DNA of 56,891 bases from Vairimorpha necatrix (GCA_036630325.1 CP142732.1:1178001-1234891); one strand, 5' to 3'; numbered from the stretch's first letter, positions 12,703-27,633 are shown. The notes: generated by a model from the letters alone, not told the origin. Program-made: numbers and translations.

Positions 12703-13752
12703 TAATAACCTTCTGATTCCATAAAATGTTTAAAGAGTGTATATTTATATCATAGTTCTCCATGCTATTACAAACTAGATAGAATATAATCCATTGTAAA
12801 AGTAAAAATCAGTGATTTAAATATAAAATACACGACTAAATCTATTAAAGTAATTTATTTTTCTTACGATTTAACTAAAGTTCTACATATCTTATATTGT
12901 ACAAGTTATGAAGATATTATTTTATTATCATATTAAATTGAAAATTTTTATGCGAATCCGTTGTTTGTAAATAACAAATTATTGATTTTTATTATGATTA
13001 GTCATTAAATCAAAAATCAAGGACGCCTTATATTTTAAATTCTAAACCTAAATCTCAAAAAATTTTGATATATTTATTAATTGCGTGCATTAATAACATT
13101 TTATAATAATAGTAAGAATTTTATGTTAACTTTCTATTAATTATAAATTTTTTGACAGTATTAAAAGAGGAAATAAAATTTTGATAAGCGCGAAATATCT
13201 AATCATACATAAAAAACTCATTTATAATATTTGATGTCAAAATAAGTTAATACTTTGGACAATATAGAGTTAAAATGACATGCTTCGGCTAATTAATATT
13301 CATAAAGAAATTAAGGTTACAAAATCAATCCTTTTAGAATTCCGTACATGTATCAGGTTTACATTATTTGACGATAATTGACATTTATTTTACTTCAAAA
13401 ATTTATATATTAATAAGTTATTATTCCAATAACCAATTTTATATACTTATATCACATAATATTGGTTTTAAAGGATATTAATTGAAAAAATTACATTTCA
13501 TAGAATCTATTATAAATTTTTTAATATATAATCCAAATACATATATAAATATAATAATGTCTTGAAAATTCAATATTTAATTTATTAAAAAACAATTAAA
13601 AGATATTTGGTAAACGTTGATTTTGACGGTCATATCAATAACACATTGTATTCGACGAAATTTCTAATATAATAATTGATCAAAACCAATATGTCATTAT
13701 TTATAATCAATAATCATTACAAAATTATAAATTATGAAATTTCAACCCTAAA

Positions 13753-14470
13753 ATGGTTTTTCTTACATGCGTGCTTTTAGTTTATACTACTTTAGGAAAC
13801 TTAAGCCTTCTACAAAACAAAATTATTGAGAGACCAAACATGCCTTATAACAACAGCGAGTCGAATTATATCATGGATAATTTTGATTCAAATTATAAAG
13901 CTCAACCTTTTAATAATACCTATAAATCCGAGTCTCTAAGTAATTTCAAAGAAAGTCTAACAAGACCTTGAGAGCTAAAAAATTAAATTGTCCTGAAAAG
14001 TTTGAATTTGAACCTAAAAAAAATTCTTTATAACGAACTTAATTGGGAAAAATAACAAAGCTTCAGATATTGTGTTTGATGTTTTAACGTCTCATGAAGA
14101 AATATCTAAAATCATATCTATAACAGATGATACGCTAAACATGAAGATGATTTGAGATATTATTTTAAATTTTTTGTCACTAAATTTTTATTTAAGCAAA
14201 CAACAAAAAAGAAATTAGCATCCATTGGTCATCTTTTAGAATTATTAGCTTATCATAGTTATGATCTGATATTTGATCTGAGTTTTTATTCCACCTATAA
14301 AGACTCGAAAGAAATCGAAAAACTCAAAAAGCTTATCTACGGATATATTGATATTAAGATTAATGTATCGTGCTATTGGCATATTACTCAATAATATAGT
14401 GACCAAATGTTTTCGAATGTTAAAATAAAAAAACCATTGGAAATAACATTTGTTGGATTACGAGGGTGAT
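13753..14470 (+). pseudogene. Disrupted secreted-protein gene, paralogue of 4518-5048
   Basis: CCC motif, ATG and a signal peptide (MVFLTCVLLVYTTLG), then a stop and frameshifts. The C-terminal piece LAYHSYDLIFDLSFY...KEIEKLKKL aligns by eye with IAMSSFKILYLISCF...REGINKLKKL. Confidence 0.65.
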
Positions 14471-17079
14471 CTAATTAAAGGTTTAATTTTTCGTTTATTT
14501 TAATATTTAATATTATTGATTGTACATTCTTCATAATTTCTTTTACAATAAATATGTTGCTGTAAAAATTTGAACGTTGTTTTAAAAACCCTTTAATATA
14601 TATATATATATATATTATAATGTAAATTACTATACTATGTACAAATATACAATCATATAACAGAATGATTATAGACAGTATTTTTAATACTAATAGTAGA
14701 ATTTGCGAGAGGTTTTACATATTTTATTACAATTAGTTACCTAAAAGTTTGATTTACAAGAACACACAAATCAAAACTTTGTACGTACACATAAACTTAT
14801 TTTAAAATAACAAACCAGTCTATAAATTAGGATAAACAATTTCTGATTTATCTGTTGAATCATATTAATATACAACTTTAAAGAAAGTAAAGCTGAAAAA
14901 ACATATTATAAGGTCCACTTTCTTATTGTTTTGAACAATATATGAACAATTTTATAGAGTTTTTTAAACAAATGTTATAATTAAATTTTTACGTATGTGT
15001 ACGCATTAATTGCTTAATTATTCGAAAGATGATTCTTTTATCTATGATATTTTTGTTAAAATGCAAAATTTTCAAAGAACACATATACACTTTAAATATT
15101 TTAAAGATATAAAATTGTAGCGTTATATACAAGTTTTTAATAATGATAATATTTTTGATGTAGAAACTTGAGATCGCTCTGAGTTAATATTATTTGTGAC
15201 CAGAATATTTCCTCTTAACTTGACTATTTATCTTTCGCAACAAATAGTATATTATGAAAACAAATTCAGGAAAATAATACAAATTTGAATTTTTAGAAGA
15301 AGAAACAGTCTAATAAAATAAAAAGACAAAAATTGCTTTAAATGGGCATTAATTTTGCTTTCTTATGGCAGATAAAACTCTTAAAAAAATTCAAGACATT
15401 TTATAAATTTAGAACTATATTTATCACAAAAAAGTCATTTTTTCATTTTACAATAAATCATGCTTTTTATGTGAATAAAAATCTCTGTTCACAAAAATCA
15501 AATTGCTCATTAGAACCAAGAAATGTAAGTGATAAAAACATAAAGTAGACATCTAACATATTCTGTTTATAATGAGCATTATTTCATGGTATATCGGCCA
15601 AAGCACATTTTTTTAACGCTAAATTTTAAATGAATTAAATACGTCATTGTTTACCATTACAACTTCAGAAATTCAATTTTAATTAAATAAGTTTGTCAAA
15701 GAATTTTTCATAAATTATAAAACTAGAAAGAACACAGCTGCAGTATTTTTACAATAAGTATTAGTACATAGTACAAATAAGAGAAATCTTATATTTCTCT
15801 TGAATTAAAAAGAATGATTAATACAAAACAATTAAAAAAAGCAAAAAGTACATCAGAGTATAAATCTTGTTCCAATTCAATACTTATATATATATATATA
15901 TCTTAGTAGAAAGTGCAGTTTAATAAACTTATAATGTTTTGCAGGCCCAATGAAACACTTTTGAATTTTCCTTGCTATTTATAGCATAATTTTATTTTCA
16001 AATACAAAGAAATAAAGCAAAAGTCATTCTGACAGTAAAATTTTCATTATACAATATTAATATTAAAGGTCTAAAAAACAGTTTGGAACACAAAAAAATT
16101 ATAATTTTTCTAATATAATTCTACTAGAAATGAGTTTACTTTGAATTACTGTACAGACTACATCAATAATATTTTTGAAACTAAACTGCCATACACAAGT
16201 ACATGATGAACTGCATAATATTAGACGTAGTAATAAATTTTTTTTTGTAAACAAGAGTTTTTGAACTGTATTTGTTGTTGATTTTTGCAATATTATGTAT
16301 TTTTAAATTTTTTTTTTATTTTCTTCAAATGATTTGTATATTTTATTTTAGATTTATTAAGTTTACATAAACTCTATTAATATGCGTATTTTAGTTAAAT
16401 TGATTTATAAAAATATGTTTAGTTTCGATGATACCAATTCATGTCAGCAAACACTTTATAGATAGACTTTGAAAATAAAAATATCGTTGATGATAATAAT
16501 CCGCATTTAATTGCAAAAGAATTATTATACACAATTTTTTTTTTAAATTCGTATAGATGTAACAAATTCGAGTCATAAACAAAACATAACAATCTGAGAA
16601 ATATAAAAAAAATAGTATGTTGATCGACCATAAAAAATTTTATACTTTTCATTAAACAAACATAAAAAATCAACACAAAACATTTCTCTATACTTACATC
16701 CTAATAATGTTTTGGCGGGTTTGTGTGGTATCTTTTGATAATAAATAGATGACGTTTTAATTACTATTGGACCTTACATACACTATAAAGAAGATATGAT
16801 TAATATACTTTCTTATTACGAATTAACTTAATTTAGAGAATAATTGCCCGTGATCAAAACTTCCGTTGTCTGTACATTTTTTCATTAGAGTAATGACCGT
16901 GTTATTGCGGAATGTTTTTTTTTGCAAATATTTTATAAAAAGAAAGCATAAAAATATAAAGTATAAGCAAACCATGAGTGAATAGCATTAACATAAATTA
17001 CAATAAACTAAGTTTAAGATTTTAATTTAAGTATTTTAATAATATGACATAATATAGAAATAAAAAGATTTATAATTAT

Positions 17080-18839
17080 CGTATTACTTACAAACCCATA
17101 ATGCCCGGCTTTATATGAACACGCCGTTTTTTTTTATTTTTATATCGACTTTTAGTTGGCAGCTTTTGATGTGCCGTCTAGTGATGTAAATATACTTGAA
17201 TTATATAGTCTATCAAGATTTCGCCTATACTTGGTTTGGGATATTTATCTTTTATAATGATCTTGTTTAGAGGTCTGTAGTCTATACACATGTGCAATGT
17301 ACCATCAGATTTTTTTACTGGTACTATTCTGCGGTTCAATGGGCCTTTACTAAGAGTGAAAATGCCCAATTTAAATTTTTATTTATTTCGTCGTCAATTG
17401 CCTTTTCAAAGCGTATTGAGATTTTTGTAAATTCACAGAATATCGGTTCTCTTTCTCCGACATCTGTATTATGTCTACCTTCTTTAAAGTTTGTTTTGTA
17501 TTGATTTCTTCGTAAATAGTTTCGGATACCTATTATATATATCTTCTTTACTATTGCGATTTTTCCCCTCAATTTGATTAATGGCAAGTAGCTTCTTTAA
17601 ACTTCTTTTAGACAATAGTTTTGGTTGGTTAGTACTTCAATCAAGATTTTTGAATGCTGCGTAATCAAATCCGCTTTAACTATAATGTATCTTAGTTCAG
17701 TTTCTCGGACAAGAGAAAGAAGTATACTTCAGATACTAAAATTTATATTCTAAATTCTTTAGTTGTGCTATTACACAATCTATTAAACAGCCATCGAATT
17801 GTATTCTCATGTATGTATTTATTTTGTATCCGGCTTAACAATATTTCTTTGTATTATAGAGACATCTTCTCCTGTATCTATGAGAAATAACTTCTTATAT
17901 TTTTAAATTAAACATGAATATAGAATTTGTTTTATACATGTCGCAATGAATCTGTTGAATTATTTTATCAGACTTATTTTATTGATTGAGCCCTCAGTTA
18001 TTTTTTAGGTGTCTTATTTCAATACGTTGACCTTTTCATTTAATGTGGTTCGATCCAACTCATATTCTTTAATTTTTAATAAATAAAAAAGAATTCTGTA
18101 TCATGATTTCCCGTTCCACAGTTCTAGAAAAATTTTTATTACAGTTGACTTTTATATTTATTTGTTTTTAAATTTTTTGATTTTTTAGGGAAAGTTAAAA
18201 CTCTGTTCAGTAAAATGTCTGGATGTACTATCTACGCCGAATGCTCTGCTCTTTGGCAAATTTGTTTCAATCACTTGCCTTTTCGGCTGTTTAAAAATAG
18301 TTGTTAGGTATCTGGGCACTTTCTAATAAGTACAAGCATTAATGCTCCTACATTTATAAAATTTTTTGTTTAGAATAAAAGTTCGAGTATTAAGTAATTC
18401 TGAAAAATCATCTCATGATGAAGGTGTAGGAGGAGTAAGGATTTTTCATAACGCATATTCCGTAATTATACTTGACAAATATATCCTTGAAAGGGTTGTA
18501 AATTTATCGTTCGTTATTTTCCATTGTCTGCTTTCCTTATTTCTGAAGCCCAAGATCGAGCTATTCCTCTCAGCTTTATCAATTATCAGTTGCACTAGAT
18601 TTTAATCATACAACCCTGTTATTTAGTGTTTAAATTGGGATCAAGAAACCATATTATTATATCTTCGTCTTGATTACCATGGAAATTTGTAATACCATTG
18701 TTCATTCTCGGCACGTTGCAGAAACGCTTTATTTGGTTTTCGTCCTCTCTTCTCGGCTTAAGACAAGGATAAAATATTATTATAATATATAGAAATAATC
18801 AAACAGTATAAAACTCTAATAAGAGATCATACGCGTCAC
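17080..18839 (-). mobile_element. Degraded, 3'-truncated Ty3/Gypsy LTR retrotransposon (gag-protease-partial RT)
   Basis: RT motifs VPVKKSDGTLHMCIDYRPLNK...DKYPKP and KTA...GHY. Protease motif LFLIDTGEDV near 17861-17890. Zinc-knuckle remnant near 18100-18125. Many stops. Confidence 0.85.
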
Positions 18840-18979
18840 AATAAAACATTTTATATTTTAAAATCATATTTACTTTGAGGAATTAAAATGAAATCTTAAA
18901 CTTAAACGAGAAAAATTTAAACAAGTCATAATTGTATGTAGCAAATTAAAACAAAAAAACCGTAAAGGAATAAATTTTA

Positions 18980-21187
18980 TTACAACATAATTGCTTGACT
19001 AGCAAAGAATCTTACTAAAATATTATGTAGAAGTGAACCAGACTCCTCATTTAAAAATTTCAAAACATAATCTTTATGGGTTTTTAATGAGATCAATTTC
19101 AATCTATTTTCGGTTTTCTTTTTCAAAATTAGATTATCGTGCAGTTCAGCATAAAATAAATTAATTATTGTTTTTGAAAAAAACAATTTTACTTTTTCTT
19201 TAATATTTTTTTTAAAGTTACTTTTTATTTCACCAGTAATTTTTTTTATTAATTTATTTTTATACTCTAATAGTGAGGACTCGTTTATTTGGACATTTTT
19301 GAATTTTTCTAAAAACATTGTTTTAATGGTCTCAATTCCTTTTTGTATATAATTGTTTTCTAGAGCATTTATTTTATTTTTATCAAATAATCTTTTTATA
19401 TTAACGTTTCTGGACTCATGTGTTATTTGATTTAATTTCTTTTCCAATAAAGAATCTTTAATTATACGCATCATTTTAGTTAACTCATGTTCTTTATTTT
19501 TTCTTTTTACTTCTAATTTTATATCGTCTCTAGTATTTTCTATCAACTTTTCTCTTAAAATTTTATTATTGTTCACTACGTCGTTTATATTGAGTTCAAA
19601 ACTGTTAATGACATCTTCGTCTGTGACTCTCTCAAGTTCACACCTATCAAAAAATTCAAGAAAGGATGTTTTCAATCCTGTAAATATCGATATTAGTTTA
19701 CCTGTTGTATTTAAAACTTCATTTTTATATGTTTTTAAATTAAAAATATGCAAACTCACCACTTCTTCCATGATTTCAAGCATACTAATTTTTTTTTCAA
19801 CATTACTTATTTCGAGCTCAGTTTTATTATTTTTGGACAATATTAGATTTCCTATATCTCTAAAAGTTTTATAAAATAGATCATTATCTTTATCATATTC
19901 ATCAATATATTTTTCTGTTATATTTAATAGTGCGATTTTTAATATAAAAAATTCGGTGTTATGTAAATTTGACATTTTTGCTAATATCGTATTAATAAGT
20001 CTGGTTTTTTGACTTGTACTATATTCATTTTTTAGCGTTATTATTGTTAATTCAGATTCTTCAATTATGTTATAATGTAAAAGTAAATGAGCCAGTAAAA
20101 TATTTGGGGCTGATTTGGGTGTTTTAAGAATCAAATCGATTAAATAAAACATTTTATCTTCATGACTTAATAGTTTAGACCACAGTATAACTGCTTTGAT
20201 GGCATTTTCATCAGTTATCATAGTGCCAACTTCTATTATTTTTCTAAAATCTATAAAACATTGCTTGTCTATCAAAAAATTTACATTTTTTCCATATTGT
20301 AAATAATAAAAATATACGCCAGCATTTTGAATAAAAATTATTTTATCCTGTTCTATTTCAATTCTAAAAAATACATATTCATATCTAATTTCAATACTAT
20401 TGAGTGAAATATTTATCGGTATATTATAAAAATATATCTGGAACAAATGATCGTATGGCATTTTATATAATTTGAGCAAAAGCTCAAGTATTTTTTCGTC
20501 ATATTTGGTTTCTAGTTTGATTTTTATATCATTAAAAAAATCAAAATTTTCAATACATAACCGAAATAAATATGAAAATTTTTTTATATTAAAACCAAAT
20601 ATAAAATAGTTTGGAATGTAATCATAATGTTTTATGGTATTTACATTAACGTTATTTTTACAAATATCGCGAATAACATCATCAAAATAATCAGATTCTA
20701 TACAAATATTTTCATAGTATATCTCCCACCCCTTTTTATTTATCTTCCTCTTACAATTTATGTTTTTTATAGTTTCTATAATATTTTTAAAAGTTATAGA
20801 ATAATCAAGACTGATAGAGTCGTTAAGTTGGCTCTCATTGTAAAATAATACTAAAGATGTGTTATTTGTCAAACTTACAAAGTCTTGTATTTTTTCTTCT
20901 ATTTTCGCTATAATTTCATTTAAAGTCTTGTTTTTACAATTTATAATAGAGTTTTTATGGTTGTTATTTTTAGTATCAAAAGAAAGTGTCACTTCTATTA
21001 AGATATTTCCATTCCCGATATTATAATGATCAGTATAAATACCAATACTCGCATAGCGTTTTGTATGATCAAATAACACATAGTCTCGACTTTCTATTTT
21101 GTCAGTGAGAATGTCTTTGATTTTATTATATAAAAACTGATTTGCTTTTGAAAGAACAAATAGAGTAAATATTTCCAAGATATACAT
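18980..21187 (-). CDS. Hypothetical 735-aa secreted, lineage-specific protein with a Lys/Glu-rich helical C-terminus
   Basis: Long intact ORF. N-terminal signal-peptide-like MYILEIFTLFVLSKA. CCT immediately before the ATG. No recognisable domain. Confidence 0.88.
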   Translation of the reverse strand: MYILEIFTLFVLSKANQFLYNKIKDILTDKIESRDYVLFDHTKRYASIGIYTDHYNIGNGNILIEVTLSFDTKNNNHKNSIINCKNKTLNEIIAKIEEKIQDFVSLTNNTSLVLFYNESQLNDSISLDYSITFKNIIETIKNINCKRKINKKGWEIYYENICIESDYFDDVIRDICKNNVNVNTIKHYDYIPNYFIFGFNIKKFSYLFRLCIENFDFFNDIKIKLETKYDEKILELLLKLYKMPYDHLFQIYFYNIPINISLNSIEIRYEYVFFRIEIEQDKIIFIQNAGVYFYYLQYGKNVNFLIDKQCFIDFRKIIEVGTMITDENAIKAVILWSKLLSHEDKMFYLIDLILKTPKSAPNILLAHLLLHYNIIEESELTIITLKNEYSTSQKTRLINTILAKMSNLHNTEFFILKIALLNITEKYIDEYDKDNDLFYKTFRDIGNLILSKNNKTELEISNVEKKISMLEIMEEVVSLHIFNLKTYKNEVLNTTGKLISIFTGLKTSFLEFFDRCELERVTDEDVINSFELNINDVVNNNKILREKLIENTRDDIKLEVKRKNKEHELTKMMRIIKDSLLEKKLNQITHESRNVNIKRLFDKNKINALENNYIQKGIETIKTMFLEKFKNVQINESSLLEYKNKLIKKITGEIKSNFKKNIKEKVKLFFSKTIINLFYAELHDNLILKKKTENRLKLISLKTHKDYVLKFLNEESGSLLHNILVRFFASQAIML

Positions 21188-21419
21188 AGGCTGTAAAAAA
21201 TCAAAAAATTTTTATAACATTTTTAAGTTAACCTTAAATAAATATTTAAAAAAAACATTTTTTTTTAGTATATTATAAAAATTAATTCTTTGTAAACATG
21301 TGGGCTTAATATATGGTTTTAAAACAGAAATTAATCTCTACTTATTCATTGGTTAAGTATAGTGACTAGATTTTACAAATCTTATACCACAAGACTTGAA
21401 ATTCCTAAAAAGGTAGAAC

Positions 21420-21610
21420 GTAAATCTAGATGATCACGCTAAAGAAGACGCTAGAAAGCATTTCTCTAGAATACAGAAAAATAGAAGACGAAGCCGATGT
21501 TTATAAGACTATGGAGCTGGAAGCTACTTTAGTAGGAGACTCTAGCTCGAGAACTATTCTTGCTAAATTGGAAATATAAACTACAAAAGCATACACTAAT
21601 CAATATTTTT
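21420..21610 (+). repeat. Dispersed repeat copy 1 (probable diverged solo LTR)
   Basis: Shares tctagatgatcacgcta, aaagcatttctct, aagactat, gaagc, aggagac and aagcat blocks with 33191-33447, and several of them with 42837-43152. Confidence 0.6.
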
Positions 21611-24600
21611 ATTATATTTTCTTTCTATTAATAAGCTCAAACTTCTTTGCGAGTTAAATAAAAATACTAATAGTTCTTTCTTGAGAAAATTATAGGTTTG
21701 TTGAAATTTGTGTTTTAATTTATATAAATTTTTAAAAAAATACTCCTCAATTAATTGATTTTGTTAGTTAGAAAATTAATTTATCAGAAAGTGAAATAAA
21801 TTTATAATAGATGAATATTTAAAAACGCATGAATAGAGTACTACATTTCGTATAAAATTTTTTTTCGTTATAAAAATTATCATAAAACAATTACTTAGAA
21901 TTTCTAAGTCAAGAAAAATTTTTCATATAAACGGTGTTTATTATATTTGCGAGTTCGAAACACATTTTTACTATACAAATTATAGGAGAATAAAATATTT
22001 TAACTAATTGTATTACTAATCATTTTTTTATGTCAATTATATATTTTATATAATAGAATATGATTATCTCATATATATATATATATATAAAAACACAAAG
22101 TAATGCAATAACAATGTATTAATTGAACTTATACTTTCACTCAAAAAGTTTTAGTGGATCTAAGTCAAATTGATAATCAAATATTTAATTTAATATTACA
22201 ATATGTATTGCCGATATAAAAAAACATATAATCTATAAGATACATACATAAAATACTAATTTTATAATTTTAAAAAAATAAGAATTTAAATATAAAAAAC
22301 AATATATCGCAGTATAAAATTAAACATTAAAATAGATTTTTTAAGTATGTAAATTAACTATAATAATAAATCTATGATTAGCAAAAAAAATAAGACTATA
22401 TATAATGTTTTTTACTCGTTTTACTTTTCATTGAAATATTATATGCAGTATTTTATAAAATTCTATATAGAGAGGAATTTTTGAAATATAAACTTTAAAG
22501 CATATAAGAGTTAACATTTAATAAAAGAATGGCTTAATTTTATTAGAATCCACTATCCATAACATAAATTTGAGAATATTAGTCAGAACTATTTTAGATT
22601 ACAAAAGAAGCCTATGCAATAAAATTAATATCGAGTATTATTAAACATAACTTTTTCAGCAAAAATAAAGAGAACTCGGAAAAATATGATAGTCGTTATA
22701 GATATCACAAAAAAAAATTGACCGAGAAAAGATTTATTTTAATTTGATACTAAATCAACAAAAGAATATGCAGACGAGTAACTAGTATATAATATACACA
22801 TACTGCCGTACATAAAAAAAATAAATAAATAGTTTCAAATATCTATGGTAAAATATTTTGCTTATAATCTATATTAGGCTAACTCAATTACTATAAGTAA
22901 TGAATTGTCTGAGGTTCTGAAAATCAAATTATTATATGGAAATATATCTATATAGTTAGATAATACTTGAATAAAAACATACATAAATAAGAATCAAATT
23001 TTCTGATTAAACTAAATACTGGATAATAATAATTACACTATAAAATTAAGATTTGAATATTCAAATTATGTTACAATATGTTTAAAAGTTATGTGATACC
23101 TAATATTTTCATTTAACCCTTTAGCCGGCAAGATGTGGGTGTTTTTAATACGTTTCTAAGACATAAATAAAGGAGAGTTTATAAACAGAAGAAATTTTTA
23201 TTAGTAACAATATGATAATAAAACGAAAATAATCTTTGAAAATAAAACTATTTGTATTAAATGAATGTAATATTACAAAAGCAATATAGCATAAAACTTT
23301 TCTGGTATGCAAGAATAATAAAACAACGATAATAGTATCAAATAAGTAAAATGTCTTGTTTAAAGATGTAAAAAATATATTCATTCAAATATTTGGATTC
23401 GTCTAGTTATATTGAAGTAATTTTTTTAAATAAAAAAAGCGAAGAAGTAAATTTATATAAATTGAATATTATATACAATGGGACTTGGTAAAATATAAAA
23501 AAACATAATTAGAAATTAAAAATTATTTATAAAAATATATTTCAATTTAGTTTGTTTGTTACAAAAACTTATTTTGGAATTGTCGTAGTAGCTCAAAAGC
23601 TGATATATACATGATTGACACGTTTAATATTTCTCAAAATCATAATATTTAAAACTTCTGTATTTATATCGAAGCAATATGAAGGAAAAGTATTGACTGA
23701 TAGACATTTAAAGATAAAAAATTGTGTTTTATTTTTCTCTTCATTTACGGAAAAGAAAAAAAGTCAACCAATGATTATCAAAAAAGACCTTTTTATGAAA
23801 TAATAAAGAAAAATATGAACAATCATAAAAGTAATAGTTTAATATAATTTTACTAGAACTTTGTAATGAATTTTTTTTTTTATAAATTGGCTTTAAAAAG
23901 TTTATCTATGAGAGAAACCTTTTTTTAGTATTTTCGTGTTTGTTGGTAAATATGTATTTTCTTTTTTTCTGATCAAAAGTCTGCAAAGTGCACAGAATTA
24001 CTTTGTTTAAAATAAATATGAGTTATGTAAAACAATATATATACGATAAACACATTAATTTTAAAAATAAACACTGATTAAGTAAAAACAAAATGAGTAC
24101 TAATTGCTTTGACATTGTAAAATATTACTTATATTGTTTATAACCAGAAATAGCAATACAAACGAAAAAAAATTTGCATCATATAAATGATAAGTCAAAC
24201 ATGCCTAAACTAGAAAGTTCTGTTCTTGTACAATTAAAAGTATTTTTAAAAACATAAAGAATAAATATAGTAAATGCCTTAAATACTATAGGAAAATGTA
24301 AAAAACATATACATGTAAATTGATAGAAAAATACATTATACATATCTAATAATATAGAACGAATAAATAATTTATATTATAATTTTAAAGTTTATATGTT
24401 TGCGTAGCCAAAAATCCGTTATTAAAGTCTTTTTTTTTTATTGCACATATTCGTAAATTCGAAGATGTATTTATATTTATTTCTGAGCCATTGTTTCGAA
24501 ATTATTATGCTAAAGATGTCAAGAGGATAATCTAATTCGTCGAGACTATCTATTTTTTAAATATATGATTTTAATGTTTTTTAAGATAAGACATTATGAG

Positions 24601-27600
24601 TGCAGAATGAGTTTAAAAAATAAACTTACAAAATAATAATACGATAAATGAAACTATTTAAACAACAAATTTGTAATTTTCTTAATCTAGTTAGAACTAA
24701 CATCGCTTATAGATATTACTTATTGTTTTTGAACTGCTAATATTAAAAATTTTATCATTTTTTTGTTGAGAATATATATTTAATAAATTAACCCTTGACT
24801 TACTATCATCTTTAACATGGTGGAAATAAAAAAATGATCGAACCCAAACATAAACAAAAGAAAAGTTTGAAAGTTCCGCCGTGGCATTAGACGTATTAAA
24901 ATGCAGTATATGACAGATTGGGGTGTTGGATGTCTAACAGAAGAGAAGGTGATGCCTTGCATATGTGAAGACTTAGAGTAGCTATGGATTGCTATTTGAA
25001 ACAGTTTTGATCTTGTAAGATCTGACATAAAAGTTGTCGATATTGAGTGTAGTGGTAATCACCATTAATATTAAAGCTATCGTGGGAAGATAGCTGAACA
25101 ACTAGTGTTCAAAATCCAGAGAGATTTAAAAAGAGAAGAAAATCAAAAAAAAAAAACAGTGTTATAGTTGAATAATGAAATAGATAGATAAAATCATGGT
25201 TTTAATGTTAAGAAGACATGTTAAAATTTTTTTTCATGCTTATCGAGGAAATTTATTTCAACAGGGAAAGAAAGAACTGTAAAGACCAAAACAAGAGAAG
25301 ATATTAAGATGCAAAAGAATAAAGCACAGCTCATGGTCTGTTAACATAAAAATGCACTTCTATTATGAGAGCCAAGTAGTGAGGGTAGGAAGTAGAAAAA
25401 ATATATAAAATACTTAGTTCTAATTTCTGCGCGGGATGTTGAAAATATATATTTTATAAATTAACCCTTCACATACAATTATCTTTAACAATAAGCCTTA
25501 AATTATGTTATTTTTTTTGTTTTTATAATTTTCTATAAATATCACAATAACACACAACTTTTCTGAATTATTTTCCCTATTAATTAATATTCGCCTTCTT
25601 GTGCATTTATTTATTTAAAAAATGAATTAGAAACTAAAATGTAAATTACGAAACCCCTATTATATATTATATTATATTTATTTGATTCAAATTTGAAATG
25701 TTATACAAAACCCATTATAATTCTATAAATTATATATAAAACAAGAAAATCTATAATAAAAGAAACAATTCATTTTTTATAAATTTAATAACAACACAAA
25801 ACAAAAATAAATTGTTACTCAGAAAAGAAATTTATTTATTTAATTATGATATCAAGAAAAATATTAGAAATGTAAGTTTAAAGATTTAACAAATTTAAAG
25901 ATGTAATTGATTGTATTTTTGTGACAATTCGATCATATTTAACAAACCTTATACAAAAGTTCAATTAAAATTCTAATCTCTACATTTATCTCCCTCTTAT
26001 GAAACAGAAACATTTTTTGAACTATGATGAGTGACACATCCTAGGCTTTTCAAAATTCTATAATTTATATATCTGTATTCACGGCTTTACGGCACACTTA
26101 TCCAGGTTCAGAAAATACTAGATAAAAATATTATATCTTAATATGCATAAAATCGCAAATACAATAGCGTTAAGCCATACATGTAAGTGGTATTTTTTAC
26201 GAAAAGAACTAGTTCAAATATGAAAATAAAAGCTTCAATTCTTTAAAAATTGTAGATATTTATATATTAATGTTAATTGAAAATTTGTAATGGACATAAT
26301 CATTAATGAATATTGCATAGTGAACATAAACCTTATATTAAAGATATATGAATTCAAGACTCATTTAAAGATAGATAAATACAATATCTGATTAAATTTA
26401 GAGTAATGTATAGAACAAAGTAGTATATTTAATCTATCTTTAGTATGTGTAATATACATATTATTGATATTTTCTAATATTCGTTAAGAAGATGTTCAAG
26501 AACAAAAAAAGATACTTACGTAGGCAATGTTTGAATGGTTGGTTAAATGTTTAGATAGGTAAATCAATGCTATAGATAAATATCTAAGATATCTACTTTT
26601 TATTAGATAATTTAATGTATCCAGCAAAATTTAAAATAAAATGCAATATTAATACCATAAAATTCATTTTACAAATTATTTTTGTTATACATAAAATTTC
26701 TAAAAAAACAAAGAGATAATATAATTTACATTTATATACATCTTACCTTCTTTTTTCATTGCGTGCATATACAAAGAATCAAAATATGAAAAATCTCAAA
26801 AATTGGCTATCTATTATATTGAAATTTATTTGTTAAGAATTTGAATTATCAAAATGACGATTGATTTGATAGATACAGGTTATAGAAAGTAACAAAAATT
26901 ATGTATTTAAAATCCTTGTGTTTACCGGAAAAATAAAACTATACATTTATTTAAAAATATAATAAAACATTACTTTACGACTATAAAACTCATAAAATAT
27001 AATAATTTGATCCGATATGTCAATATAATTTACATTTATATATTAATAGATTAGATATTTTACACATTTTTTATCTCCTTGTCTTTAAAATCGTTTACTG
27101 GGAGTTCCTAACAAATCTTACAATGGACTTCAAAAAGATTCTATTTTATTTCGTATCGCCTTACCGAACTAATTCTTAATAAAGTTTTATTATCGAAGGA
27201 TAGTATTGTAAAACTTTTTAAAATTCTTTTATAACTCCGTCCTTATAGATGACTTAGTACAAAGTTTAGCTTGACTCTATTGCATATATACTCAAAATAT
27301 ACATTATTTTGTTATAATTCGAATAGTTTTTCTAAAGGAATTAGATTTAAAATTTACGATTGACACTTCTAACATAAAATTATATTGCAATGAATGATAT
27401 AATATCATTATTAATGAATACAATCATATAATGCAAGGTATATTTTTTTATTATTATGCATTAAACACTAAATCTTACTTTTAGAAATGTTAGTAATTAA
27501 AGTTTGATCGAATTATAGACGATACTTTAAATAACAAATGGTTTATAATATAAGTACGTATTTCAGCACAAAATTTATTTTGAATTTTTTTAAAAACTCA

Positions 27601-27633
27601 AACGAGAATGCATTAAGGAAAAGATACGGCTAA

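Noticed and set aside
19569-20848. Plus-strand ORFs of 101 and 73 aa
   Set aside because: Antisense shadows of the 735-aa gene. The same applies to 4648-4878, 43518-43721 and 51504-51929.
23112-23135. piggyBac-like end TTAACCCTTTAG
   Set aside because: No matching opposite end and no convincing transposase remnant.
24780-25400. GC-richer coding-like patch
   Set aside because: Multiple stops and no family I can recognise, so it cannot be named. The same holds for patches near 5750-6130, 38900-39560 and 46100-46850.
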